From the NCBI GenBank assembly GCA_012026655.1, contig JAAILG010001811.1, positions 1 through 61,438 on the forward strand: 61,438 bases of DNA, read 5' to 3'. Positions 12,728-24,900 of this stretch are shown in pieces (the stretch's first letter is position 1; each line of letters starts with the position of its first letter). The notes beneath the pieces are model-generated. The model was not told the DNA's origin, searched no databases, and saw nothing but the letters and a program-made list of their open reading frames with translations. The position numbers and the translations under genes were made by a program. This DNA comes from Hydrolagus affinis. Its lineage: Eukaryota.

Positions 12728-14522
12728 AGTTCTGCTAAAAAGATGGAAACCTGTAAACAAAAAGGGGTACACCTTGCCAATGGATAACCATAAATGGCAA
12801 TATCAACGTCATGGAAAGGGCTGATGAAGTCCATTTAGGGCATTTTGAGGCAGCAGACAATGATTTTGCTCCTGATCACAGGCTAGTGAACTTAGTTGGG
12901 TCTCAAGTGAAGACAATATTGGATTAAGGTGCAAAGGTATGATGTGCAGGACCTTACTCTGTCCACGATCACAAACGATGACCGCTTGCATGGGGTTCAA
13001 GGGAACTGTCAACCTCAACAGAACTGAACCCAGCATGAGCTACCACTGTTGGGAGAGGAGAATTTAGAAGTGGCAAAAAAAACATTAAAAAAACCCGTAA
13101 AGTATACAGTGATATAAAAATTTGTTTATTCTGGTGTGAAAAGAATCATCAATGAAAGTATGGACAAGTTTTCACAAGTAGCATTCAAACTATCACTGCC
13201 TACATCTATCATTATAACTTGAAGAAATATGTGTGGATAAGTGGCACTCACTTTAAAAGAGCATGAAACAGCTGTCCAAAATTAATATCTATGGCCTGCA
13301 TTTAGCAGTGACTAACTTGAATGTAGTTGGAAGTTCATTTATCAAGAGTTAATGACATATGACAACGACAAATTTGAATTTAATATGTTGAAAGTTAAAC
13401 AAGATACTGTTGTCATATGTGATTTCATCTGCTGCCTTTGTTTGATTCAGGTCACTACATTAATACATTACTATACCTACTTGAGGATACATTATAGTTA
13501 TGAAATCCTTGTCCCTAATATGTCCTTTCACTTCTTCATGACAACACTGGTGTTTGAGCAGTATGAAGTTATTATCTCACAATACGTAGGTGCCATTCAC
13601 ATATGAACTCTGCTCTACTTACATTTTAATGTGTATACTTTTTTTAAAATGTGTATATATACAGCTGAACTTATTGTCACTTAAAATTAATTGGTTTGCT
13701 CATAATTGAATGCCTCCAGCAAATCTCCTTTTTCAAGCTATTTACAATTGCTAGGAAAGAGAAATAGATTGAATTCATGATTATCATACCTTATTTGAAC
13801 AACAGGTAAAGCATTTAACAAGGGGTGAAAATCAAGAGTACATGAAGGTGAGCAAGACTTGAGCTGTTGGACAATTTAGCTGGAGAAGAAACGTTATTTT
13901 GGAAATTAGGAGCAGCAGAAGTAATCTGTCCTTCAAAATATTCCTCTACCTGTCTCCTGGAATACCTCCAATCAATTCTGCTGATCAATTTTTGTCCTGT
14001 CTCCCTTGTAACTTGCAATCAGTATAAAGAAAGATCAATGTAGAAATGCACAACTTTGAGTGCATTTCCCCACAAGGATCACGGGTCATCAACTCTTCAG
14101 CTCCTCTTCCAGTCAATTCATTACGCAGAAGAAAGATGGACAAAAATCAATCATCTCCCACTGCACTTCAAATGAGCAAGTTTATGTATTTTGTCGTGAA
14201 AGAAGCCACTGGCTCTCCAAATATAACTTTAATTTTTAATTGAAGCACTTTCAGGGATGGACTTCCACTGAGAGAGGATGTTCCAGGATTCTCGATGGCA
14301 AACATATTTTAAGTTCACTGCTTGGAAACTAATATTGGCTGAATATGTAAAACTTAATTCAACTTCCTTCCTCTGGGTTTACTCTGCTAATTTTCAGTAG
14401 ATGCACATCATGTTGATTGTGTTTTAGCCTCAATGACCGCCCTTGAGTTATCTACTCACAATTGAATCAGTACAAATAATTACACTGTAATTTGAAGAGG
14501 TAGTAGTCTTTTTATTGACTTG

Positions 14523-14635
14523 TAATAATAATACTCCTTGCATTTAATATAGCACTATTCACATCTTCTAGACGTCTCAAAGCGCTTCACAGAATATACT
14601 GTAAAGTGAATTGACTGTATTTATGTAGGCGAATG
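14523..14635 (-). mobile_element. SINE 3' fragment
   Basis: ccttgcatttaatatagcac...gacgtctcaaagcgcttcacagaatatactgtaaagtgaattgactgtat. Confidence 0.9.
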
Positions 14636-14639
14636 CATG

Positions 14640-14732
14640 CATGCAAAATAAATAAAAAATAATTTGGTCCTGCAATCCATGACTGTTTGTGGGACACTGC
14701 AGGACCAAATTATTTTTTATTTATTTTGCATG
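14640..14732. repeat. Perfect 35 bp inverted repeat with 23 bp spacer
   Basis: 14640-14674 catgcaaaataaataaaaaataatttggtcctgca is the exact reverse complement of 14698-14732. Confidence 0.97.
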
Positions 14733-14817
14733 TATAAAATATACAGTATAGTCAATTCATATTACAATTTATTCTGTGAAGCACTTTGAGACTTCTTGAA
14801 GGCGCGAAAAGGCGATA
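14641..14817 (+). mobile_element. SINE 3' half, internally rearranged
   Basis: aatccatgactgtttgtgggacactgc, then an inverted insert, then gtcaattcat...attctgtgaagcactttgagac. Confidence 0.85.
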
Positions 14818-16954
14818 AGGGGGAAAAGTTAAATTGTTCAGTGAAGTTAGAACTAAGATTGATAATGAAACAAAATGCAGGAAGATAGAGAGCTTTTTGG
14901 TAGCATTGTTTACTGTGCTTTATCGATGTCATGTGCAGAAAAGCCTATTTGAGGGAGCTTTGGCAGGAAGTTTTCCATTTACTGATCTGAAGGCCTATTG
15001 AAATTTAGGGCTTAGAAATAGAACCTTGAGGTGAATGGCTGAAACATACCAATAACTAGTTAAAGGGCACCTCCCTTTTACTTTGAATCAAGGTTCAAAC
15101 CTTTGTGGGTATTCCAATGGTAGGACAATTCCAAAGTTAACCTTTCCCGCACATCTCCACATTTACAAAATGAGACTATCCTTTCATTTACTGAAACGGC
15201 TATTTTTTCAGTCTTCAAGCCCTTTCTTGTTGCATAATGTTGTTTTTAGCAAAGGTCGCTGTTCTGAATGCATGCATCTGTCTGTATTTCCATCCCACTA
15301 TATTAACATCAAAAGCATAACCGAGAAGTGTATTTTAAATATCAAGCACAAATATTGAAGATTTGTTAAAAAAAACTGAAAATAGTATCTTTTGATGAAT
15401 AATGGTTAAGAATGACAAGTAGCTGTACAATGTATGGATTCAAATTGTATATATTAAGTGTTTAAGCTTTGCCTTATATCCTTTTCCTGTATTTTGTAAT
15501 GTTTGAGTTCTCTCTCTGACTTGACTTGTACTATAACACATATATATTTATCCTTGCTTTTAGTGTCGCACCTTTCATGCTGGAAAGAGATCAGAATGGA
15601 GTGATTGTGTTCCTGTGAGTTGGAATGCTACAATTCTGGTTTCCATAATTAAAGGGTTCCTTAGAAATTGATGCTTCACCCCACATGTTTAAATTTTGAT
15701 GCATAATTTCATCGTGATGCATTGAGTAGATTCCGTAGACATGTCTCTGGCCACATCGCTGATACTTCCTGAATGGTTGTGGATCTGAAGGATATGTCTA
15801 TATCTGTCTAGAATAAATGATAGAATAATAAACAATTATCGGTTCAATGTGGTGTTTTAGAATGTACTGCGAGTTTAATCTCCACCTTAAAATCTTTGAT
15901 CTGAAATATAAAGCTCTTACTGCAGTCGTGAATAGACTGAGTATTATATAGAAGGCTACTTTCTAAAAGAGTGAAAAGGATGCATCTATTCTTTTTGATG
16001 TACTGTATACTCTTTCTGTTTTAAACTTTAAAACCATTCTTCACTGCTATTTCCAACAGTCAATCAAATTGTTGATATAAATCAAAGAAATCAGAATTGC
16101 ATAGAAATGCCAAGTCAGTCAAGCACTGTCTTTTTAAATATAGCTCACTGAAATGTCAGGAGAAGGTTATCATGAGAAGGACATTTATATTGCATGACAT
16201 GAGACAGAAGTACAATATGCATCCCTCCAGGTAACTTTACCACAGACAGTCTTATCACTGGGAATGAGTCTAAATTAAAACTGTATTCATCAAGAAATGA
16301 ATTAATCTATTGTTCCTCATTTGCTCTGGTTTTGTGTGTGTGCTATAGTGACATTTTCTATACTCCTGTTACTTGCGTGGAAGGTGATGTGGCCTCATGT
16401 TTCAAGTCAATTTCTTTACAGAGCGCATGTGACAGAAACATTCATTTTATATCTTCAGCAGATAGGGACAAACAGGACTTGCTTGTTCATGAATTATATT
16501 TGTAATGATGTATATCGCCTTTGATGTCCATGATTCTAAGACATCACCACTTGACAAAATATGATGATGATATGATAGCAACTGAGAAATCCCAGATCAA
16601 CCTGCTGTAACCTCACACCATCAAACTGAGCAGCTTTGGTTTCTGAATCCTGAGGTCAGATTCCAAATAGCCTTCTAAAAATAGGCAACGGTATTTCCTT
16701 AAGGCAAATATAAAGTATTATTAAATCACCTAAAATAATATTTTCTCTGATAGTCAATATTGTTTTATCCTGAGGCAATGCTTCAAATCAAACTCTAAAC
16801 TGAGGCCAATTGTGCTGCTCCTATCACTACTCCAGTTTAGATTGGGGATTGAACCTACAGCTGACCGAATCAGTTTTATCTTAGGCAATGGATTAGGAAT
16901 TCTGGTTTCTGAAGGAGGAAATTTATGCAGGAAAATTACATACTATAACAGAGT

Positions 16955-17133
16955 TAATAATAATAATAAGATTCCTTGCATTTGATAAAGTGGCTTATCA
17001 TTTTGTTGAGATGTCTTGAAGCTCTTCACAGAATATATTTTAAAGTTGAGTTACTGTGTATTTTGTGGGTGAAACGCAGCAACCATTGCTCACAGCAATG
17101 TACCACAACAGTCATGGATGAGTGACCAGATTT
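16955..17133 (-). mobile_element. SINE 3' half
   Basis: (taa)n followed by ccttgcatttgata...ttcacagaatata...cagtcatggat. Confidence 0.85.
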
Positions 17134-17765
17134 TTTTCACACATCTTTATATAGTTATAATTGTTGATTATAGATTGATATAGATTGTCTGCTTTTCAAA
17201 TTTAACATGAAATAACAATGCCTTATCCTTCGAGCAAGCCTTTGAATAATGCAGTATAGGTAATATTTGGGGTTTCTATGTTATTTGGACATGTTTCTGG
17301 TTCAATATTTAATGCTCAAGAGATTTTAAGGCCATGGATGTGATTTAACATGTACATTAAAGATAGTATTCTGGGTATTCCTGTGACTAAAAGGTTAAAG
17401 CTGTGCTGTACACAAAGGCAACATTGTTGAAGTCAGTGCTAATCATTAGAATGAACTGTAGTTCCTATTAAATTTGAAACTTGGTTCTTTAGGCAATATT
17501 CATATTTACGCTGGCCAACCTCGCAGCAACAGGAAAAAATATGTATGCTTGTACATATTAACTTGCTGCATTTGAAATTATTTGTTGGATAGAAAACCGC
17601 CTCCAAGCATTCACTGCAAATTCATATCAAGCAAAGTCATTGTGTATTTTGCAGGCAGTCATAGCAGCCAATTTGCACACATCAATCTCCCACAAATTAA
17701 TAACAATGTCTTTTAGTTTGAATTTGGCAGTTTTTGTATTTGTTTTTTGTCCAGACTGCACAGTT

Positions 17766-17817
17766 ATGCAAACAATATGCAAACAATATGCAAACAATGT
17801 ACAAGCAATGTACAAAC
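17766..17817. repeat. 11 bp tandem repeat, ~4.7 units
   Basis: atgcaaacaat three times, then gtacaagcaat and gtacaaac. Confidence 0.9.
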
Positions 17818-18117
17818 TTTCATCAATGTAAATTGCCCGCAAGCCAAATAACCATCAGCTATTTCTGTGGTCAGTGGAAATGATGTACAAAATGCATGTT
17901 AATTTTACACAGCTTCATATAAAAACATCTGGATCCACTGCAGAAAATAAGATTTTTGTTTAAAAAAAGACAAGATTATATTGTTTAATGTAGCAAGATC
18001 ATTCAGAATATGATAGAAAAAGGAGACATGGCTATTCGAGTTTGGTTTTCCAGCAAGAATATTGAATATGGACTTGAGATAAATGAACATATAAGATAGC
18101 CGCTATCCATATCCATA

Positions 18118-18243
18118 TATACATTCTATCAGAACTTCTTTAGCACATTTAGGTGCTCCCAAAAGTTCCAAAGGTCCATATTATACATTATATCAGAAGT
18201 TCCTTAACACATTTTGTGCTTCCGAAAGTTCAATTGGTCTAAA
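18118..18243. repeat. Diverged ~64 bp tandem duplication
   Basis: tatacattctatcagaacttctttagcacatt... versus tatacattatatcagaagttccttaacacatt... Confidence 0.85.
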
Positions 18244-20445
18244 AGACAATGGAGGAAGGAGCCCGGGACATCAATACTGGTCCCTGGAAAAGACTTGGAA
18301 GGATGACACAATGTTTGTTGTAACCCAATGCTGAAGTGAAGCTTGCTATGCCTGTAATAGATGCTCAAACACTAAGACATTACTGGCAGCACTACAGGAA
18401 ACCAGATAATAAATCTAACATAAGGAAGTTAAGCCTAGAAATAGGACATCAGTGTAGCTGATAGATTGTACAGGAATTTCATCTCAACAGAGTGTGTTCG
18501 GAAACCAAATGGAAACTATTCAAGGTAAATTAGGGGGAGCTACATACTGTCACAATGTACAGCACAGCTAAAACGTGGCTTATATTTCAGCAGTCTAGTG
18601 TCTTAATTCAGGCAATCTTGTGATTTTACAATCTTGGTAAGTGTCAGACTGGATTAGTGTCAGACTAGCATCTTGCCTCTGAAGGTTGTTGGCATTCGCC
18701 CAAAGTCCCTTGATGATTGCAGTGTAGAGGAAACTTGTCTCCTGGCCCACGCTTTTACCAGATGTGGAAGTTCTTTATCTTCACCCGTAGTTGACAACAG
18801 TGATCTTTTCTCCAGCACCAACGTCTATCACCATAACAAATGATTATAAATTCCAGTTGAATGCTACATCGCAAATTATTTGCTTTCTTGTAATGTTTCT
18901 AAATTACCAGAGAGTTCACAAAGCTCAAAGAAAATACACTTGTCGGGGCTTTTGAACAGCTCTACCATAAACCACTTTGGCCAAAAGTATTAAGAAAGTG
19001 TTGTCAATTTACAAAATACAGCAATGCTCTGAATGTCGAGCATTTAAGTGTTTCACATGATCTGAGATGCCATCCAGCCTAATTTAATAAGCTAAAAGCA
19101 GCTGCTTAGCTCAAGCTAAACATCCACGCATATCTGCCCAGCTGTGCAAAATGTCACATTAAATTTATAGGCAGGGAACTGAAATGTGAAACAGTGTGTT
19201 CCACAGCTGCATGTTAATATCCTCTGATACTGACTTCTGCTATTTTACTTTAACTATAGGTGTCTCACCTATTTCTTACAAGCTGCATTTAAAAACTTTG
19301 ATTCAATTTCTGTCGTTCACACTCATTCTGATTCATGGACTGATCACAAGTTTAATTAAATGACCTATTATTGTTTGTACTACTAACCTTTTTTATTTAA
19401 AAGCAACACAACATTTATGGGAGATTTTTTGAAATTGTGTGGGATAAAATTTGTTGCACCATTTTTTTGCAGTCCCTAAAATGAAATCAGGTTTAGATTC
19501 AGTATTACGGCACTATGTGTATTTTCAGAGTTCATTGCAATTCACCTGTAGTGATTGGCAGCTATTACAACAACAACTCTTGTTTTTTTAATATATGCTT
19601 CAAGGAGATGAAGGCTGATGACAGCTATTTTTAGACTGAGAAAAAAGGTACCTTAATAGCCAGTTATACATCAGGAAATGCATAAACTTACTGCCTCACT
19701 GTGAACACTGCATATTTCAACATATATCTTATGTTGGTGCCAGCACCAAGATAAACCTCAAAGTGATGCAGAGTGGTTCTCTCGACAACTCCTGACGTGT
19801 GCTCACTTGCAGATTGAACAGAAATTCATATCGGTGATTGACAAGGTAAAATCAACAGAGTGTCCTTGTTAATTTTTGTAACTTTTGGGTTTGTATTCAG
19901 CTTATATTGTTGGGATGGTATAGTATACATATTAGTACGGTGGGAGCTGAAAAAATTAATTAAAAAGTTAAATGATGGATCTCCTAGTTAAAATAGTCAA
20001 ATGTACAAGTTGAAAGGATAGAAAGCCAATAAGGAAAAAGAACAAACATTTATAGTGTTCTTCAATGGCAATGCATCAAGCACTTTACAGGAAACCTTAC
20101 AGAAATTGTCGAGTGTATGGACTGTATTTTCCTGAGCAAAACTTGATCAGCATTCATTCATACAACACCCAGACTCCAAGTCACCTTACTCCTGGTAGTT
20201 TCATCATTATCTGTTTCCAGCCAAACATGTAGTTTTCTTAAAGTACATTCTCAAGTTCGATCAATATGGTGATAAAGTCTGTAACCTGAGAACACTAAAG
20301 CCATACTCCAGAATGGAATTGCCTGAGATTGATTGAAGCAGTAGAGAGTAGTGATTAAAGCTCATTGAATTATATGCTTGTGTACTACACACTATAGTCT
20401 ATTTTGCTTGTATTACGTTTTGTTGCATTTTATAGCTGTTTAAAG

Positions 20446-21120
20446 AACAACAACAACTTTGATTTATATAGCGCCCACCACGCCAGATGGTGTCTCAGAG
20501 CGCTTAACAAAGCCAAGCCTGGGATGACATCACCAAGAGAGAGCATGTAGATAATGAAGAGAAAGTGGCTAAGGACGGATCCTTGGGGTACCTCGCAGGT
20601 AACCAGGCCAAAGCGAGAGGAAAAGCCATTTGCAGAGATGTACTGCTGGTAGGTAGTGAGGTAGTACTTGAACCAAGTGCCTGCGGTCTCACTGAGGTGG
20701 ATGACGGAGGACAGGTGATGGACAGGCATGATTGACTCTATCAAAGGTGGCGGAGAAGTCCAGGAGGACAAGGAAGCAGAGGGAGCACTGGTCACAGATA
20801 GAGAGGATATTGTTTGTGAATTTCGCAAGCCCAATCTCTGTACTGTGGGCAGGGCAGAAGCCGGACTGGAGGGGTCCAAATATGATGTGGAGGGACAGGT
20901 GTGCACGGACTCAATGCAGAAATGCCCACTATACCAAGGGGATTGGGTTGGTTTGGAGATGATCCTGGATTTCAGGGGGACAAGAGAGTTTAAGGTGGAG
21001 GTGAGGCAATCATGGAGCTTGATGGCTGCTTCAGGATCTCTGAGGGCAGAAGGACAAAGGGATAGGAGGTCTGAGGATGAGAGGTCCTTTGTGAGGGTCT
21101 CAGGTGGAAGCAGGAAAACA
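20446..21120 (-). mobile_element. L2 LINE remnant with RT motifs, internally deleted (pseudo-ORF2)
   Basis: Minus-strand translations across frameshifts give SPWY, then LDP.QSGFCPAHSTEIGLAKFTNNIL...LVLLDFSATFDRVNH, then VPQGSVLSHFLFIIYMLSLGDVI. These are followed by a hairpin tail and (ttg)n. Confidence 0.92.
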
Positions 21121-21256
21121 CAACAGTACGGGAAGCATATTCTGGTGTCACCATCCAATGCCTAATACTATCTGGAATTCGGTAAACAGGATGCAGATTG
21201 CAGTGCTATAATTGAAATAAATGACAATGAATATAGGTGGTGTACATAATACAGGT

Positions 21257-21358
21257 AATAGTAATAATTGTTGCAATTGATATATCTCATCACCTCTTCG
21301 AGACATCTCAAAGTGATTATACTTTAAAGTGAATTGACTGTACATTTTGTGGGAGAAA
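21257..21358 (-). mobile_element. SINE 3' fragment
   Basis: gagacatctcaaagtg...tttaaagtgaattgactgtacattttgtggg. Confidence 0.8.
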
Positions 21359-22586
21359 TATATATGGAATCTGCCTGACTAGATTCTCTTAAGCATGGTG
21401 CTGGATTTCTGCACCTGGATGACCCAAACATTGTATAAACTCTACATATTGAAATGCTTCAAACTCCACTCCTTTGCTGGTTCCCTGGTTTGTTACAAGG
21501 GGGGAAGTAATAGCTCATTTTGTTCACATTCAATTAGAAATCAACCTATAAAATATACTTTACTTACTGGTTTCTTACTAACCAGAGTATATAAATTGGC
21601 TCTCGGACTAGAAAGTAGCAGAGGTGCCTGATTTTGCTCAAAATTAACTGTTCTGTGCAACTGGCAATCCACATGGGCAAAACGTTGGATGAGAAAATAG
21701 TTTTTCATTATTTTAGCTAGTCCCTGAAAGCAGATGCAATCTTTCAAATCAGTTGAATTAATTCTATTATGGAATGCACAATCCAGTAGAAAGGAGTGTC
21801 TCCAGGGGTTATATGTTGCATTTTAAAAATATTTTCCAGTAAGTAAGCTGTATTTTCTTAACCCAGACAAAACACAGTTATTGGAGACTTGTTCTGTGAG
21901 GGAAGAATTCCCGATAATACAAATGACTCAAGTTGTGGGAATTCACATTCAGTTTTCCGGTTCTGAGCAGGCTGCAAACTATACAGTTTTATGTTTTGGT
22001 TGAAGTCAATAGCAAACTCAATCTGCTCATGTGTTAACCATTTGGGAACTGCAGTGTTGGTTAGCACAAACCTAAATTAGTTTAAAAGAATATAACAATC
22101 CTTTGTTAAGGGAATCTATGATTATGGCAATTGTTATGGAACAATTTCTATTGTTCCTTTAAATCCAGGTCTAAAATGTACCTCTTTAACCAACCTTATG
22201 GTCACCTCTGCCTCCCCATTCTCTATTACTTGGGGTCTGACTCCTTGTGAAACATTCTATGATATTGCCATATGGTAGAGTGCTGTATAATTGCACGTTT
22301 GTTGTAAACATTACCTGTGATGTGATACAGGGAATCTGCACGAGACAAATCTGAAGCACGAGCTCATGCATGACTGAATCCATTGGACTGAATCCTTTCA
22401 CCCTTACCAACAAACAGGGTGATCTGGTAACAGGAGCAGGATGGGATAAATCCTTCATATCTTCAAACCAGGATGCTGAAGGAAAGCCTCTGAATGAGAA
22501 AAAAAATGTTTTCCTTAAGCCACCGTTTACTTTGACAATGGTATACGAAGACTCCGATTCCAAACACGATTTTTCATTCTGTGTTT

Positions 22587-22643
22587 AAGCACTCTGAATG
22601 CCGGTGTGTGTGAAGGGCGCTAAATATTGCAAGTTGTTTGTTG
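22587..22643 (+). mobile_element. L2-type 3' tail
   Basis: gtgaagggcgctaaatattgcaagttgtttgttg. Confidence 0.55.
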
Positions 22644-22669
22644 GCTTGAGTGATCTACCTCAGCTCAAT

Positions 22670-22736
22670 ACAACAACAACAACAAAATTACACTTATATA
22701 GTGCCTTTCACGTCAGGAGGATGTCCCAAGGCGCTG
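22670..22736 (-). mobile_element. L2 LINE 3' tail
   Basis: (aac)n aaattacacttatatagtgcctttcacgtcaggaggatgtcccaaggcgctg. Confidence 0.9.
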
Positions 22737-24712
22737 GGAATACCACAAAGACGAACACATGAGCATCACCTTATAAGTAGTTTACATATTTAGGCATATT
22801 ATAATAATCCTTGCATTTGATATATCCCTACAAATGTTGTAGATACAATCTTATTGAGATTGTTTCAAAGCCCATGTTACAGGAATTACAATTGTACTGT
22901 CTTCACAAGCCACTTGACAAATGAGTGACATATTTCTGAGAATCGAACTCGGAACAAGCTTCCAGCAATGCCTATTTTGTTCTTACACATGACAGAAGAG
23001 GCTCTGCTTTCATAGAAACCGGCTGTGACCTCCCAAAAGGCTGCTATGTTTGCAAAACTAGGAAAGCGTGCAACATGTCACAGGGAGTTAATTGTCTTTT
23101 TTTTCTCTGACATTTCATCAAAGAGGATTACACGATTAAATCTGCCATAAACTACCTCTGTAATAATTGGATTATATTAAACCCTTCTGCTATTATGGTG
23201 CTGAACCTATCCTGTCTTGCTTACCACGAGAGTGCAAGGGAAAATTGCTAGCTATCCTCTATGCTTCACAGCACCTATTTGTCTGCCCAAGAATGTTGTG
23301 ACGGGGAAGACTCTAAGGGTACATACAATATGCACAACACTTCACTGGGCTACAAATGAAGAAACATGGCATGTGGTCCAACATAGATTTTCTACCACCT
23401 CAAACGGTGCTGCAAATACAAGACAAAACATAACAATAACTGTGGAGAAAACCAGCGGAGCACAAAATAATCTTCGGCTGTTCATGTTCCGTGCAGCTTC
23501 CAAAACTCCTTTCCAACAGGCAGCAGCAGCTGTAAAAAGTAATTTTCTGTCAATTTTATTTTCAGCTGGATTTTGCCAGGATGTGTCGAACCAGATAACC
23601 AGGAAAACATCGGTGTTGCTCGTGTTCCAAGTGAAGAGATTAACTTTCTGTATTATTTGTGTTCCTCACCATTTTATTTTGTGGGAATCCTAAAATTGTA
23701 ACCCTACTGGATAAACCAGAGTGCACTCACTGCAACACGCAACTCTACTTAGCAACGCATGTCGCAATCGCGTAGGGGGTTCACAAAATTTGTTTGGATG
23801 TTCAAAGCTCTTCAGCCCATCTGATCTCAATTCTTCCCGAAATACTTGCCCTACCCTACTCCCAGTACAGTATCAAGCTCTGTTACTTCTGTGTTTTAAA
23901 TGAGATCAATATCCTGCCCTCAACCATCATTCCTAGCAACCTGTTGCAGTTGTTAATTAACCTCTGAATAAAGTAAAGGTCTGTTTTGTGGCATGGTGAG
24001 GTGGGTGAAGGGGGAGGAATGAATAGAGATGTGAAGACGCGTGTGGTCAATAGGGTTAATCCATAGCACAGTGAGATGTACACTTAAGATGGATCTGTGC
24101 TGATTAAACTGCAACCAGAAGTTTTGGCTGTTGATACAGCAGATATCCTGAAAACTTGATACAGTAAAGTGCCTCCTGAGGAAAGCAGACAGGGATGAGT
24201 TGAGAAATGACTTTGAATGTTGCTGACTGCTGACTGCCCTTTGACGCTTCGGCTCGGGCCTGAAAGGTGTCGGTAGCAGAGAAAGTGATCAGAGGGGGTC
24301 ACCTTCACTGTCACCACCAGGGTATCATTGTTGTGATCCTGACACTACAAATCCTCTTTTAACTTCTCATGCAAGTCATACCACATCTGTTTATTAAATC
24401 TAAATATCTGGAAACAGAAGGTGTCAGGTAAATCAATAAAACTAATTTGATGCCTGCAAACCCAGAACGGTGCTTCTCGTTCCCATATTCTCACTTACCT
24501 TTATGATTGTCAGCCATTTCTACTACTGGTCTTGATAATGCCACATCATCATTTACTTCACTACAGAGTGGAGCATGGCGTGCGGAGAAATTGGTAACTC
24601 TTAAATTCCTATTTGGTGAATTAAATTGCAATCTTCACTCGAACAATACAGAAGTTACAAAACGATTATGTTTATACACAGTATTGCGCCTTCCGTGTTC
24701 AGGATGATGCTT

Positions 24713-24900
24713 CGAAACACTTCACAGTGCTCGATGGACATTCAAACTGAGAGTGGGAGCTAAGGGTGAGGGTGAGGGGTCAAAAGGTACGTTTTCAGAC
24801 ACGGCTTGAATGAGGATAGAGAGAGAGGAGGGTGGGGGTAAGGAGATCACTGCCTGGATGGAATTCCAGAGGCTGGGGACAAGTGGCAAACTGGCTCCCC
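24713..24900 (-). mobile_element. Old L2 ORF2 C-terminus and 3' UTR fragment
   Basis: Minus translation has VPSLWNSI. The purine-rich plus strand is collinear with the L2 at 56040-56200. Confidence 0.65.

Noticed and set aside
20430-21158. 242 aa ORF as a functional or domesticated reverse transcriptase
   Set aside because: It drifts in and out of the RT frame, lacks YADD and runs through the LINE tail, so it is a chance open frame in a dead L2.
23692-23791. Imperfect inverted ends around a CpG-rich 100 bp segment
   Set aside because: Possibly an old MITE, but the arms need several gaps to align and it cannot be supported by eye.
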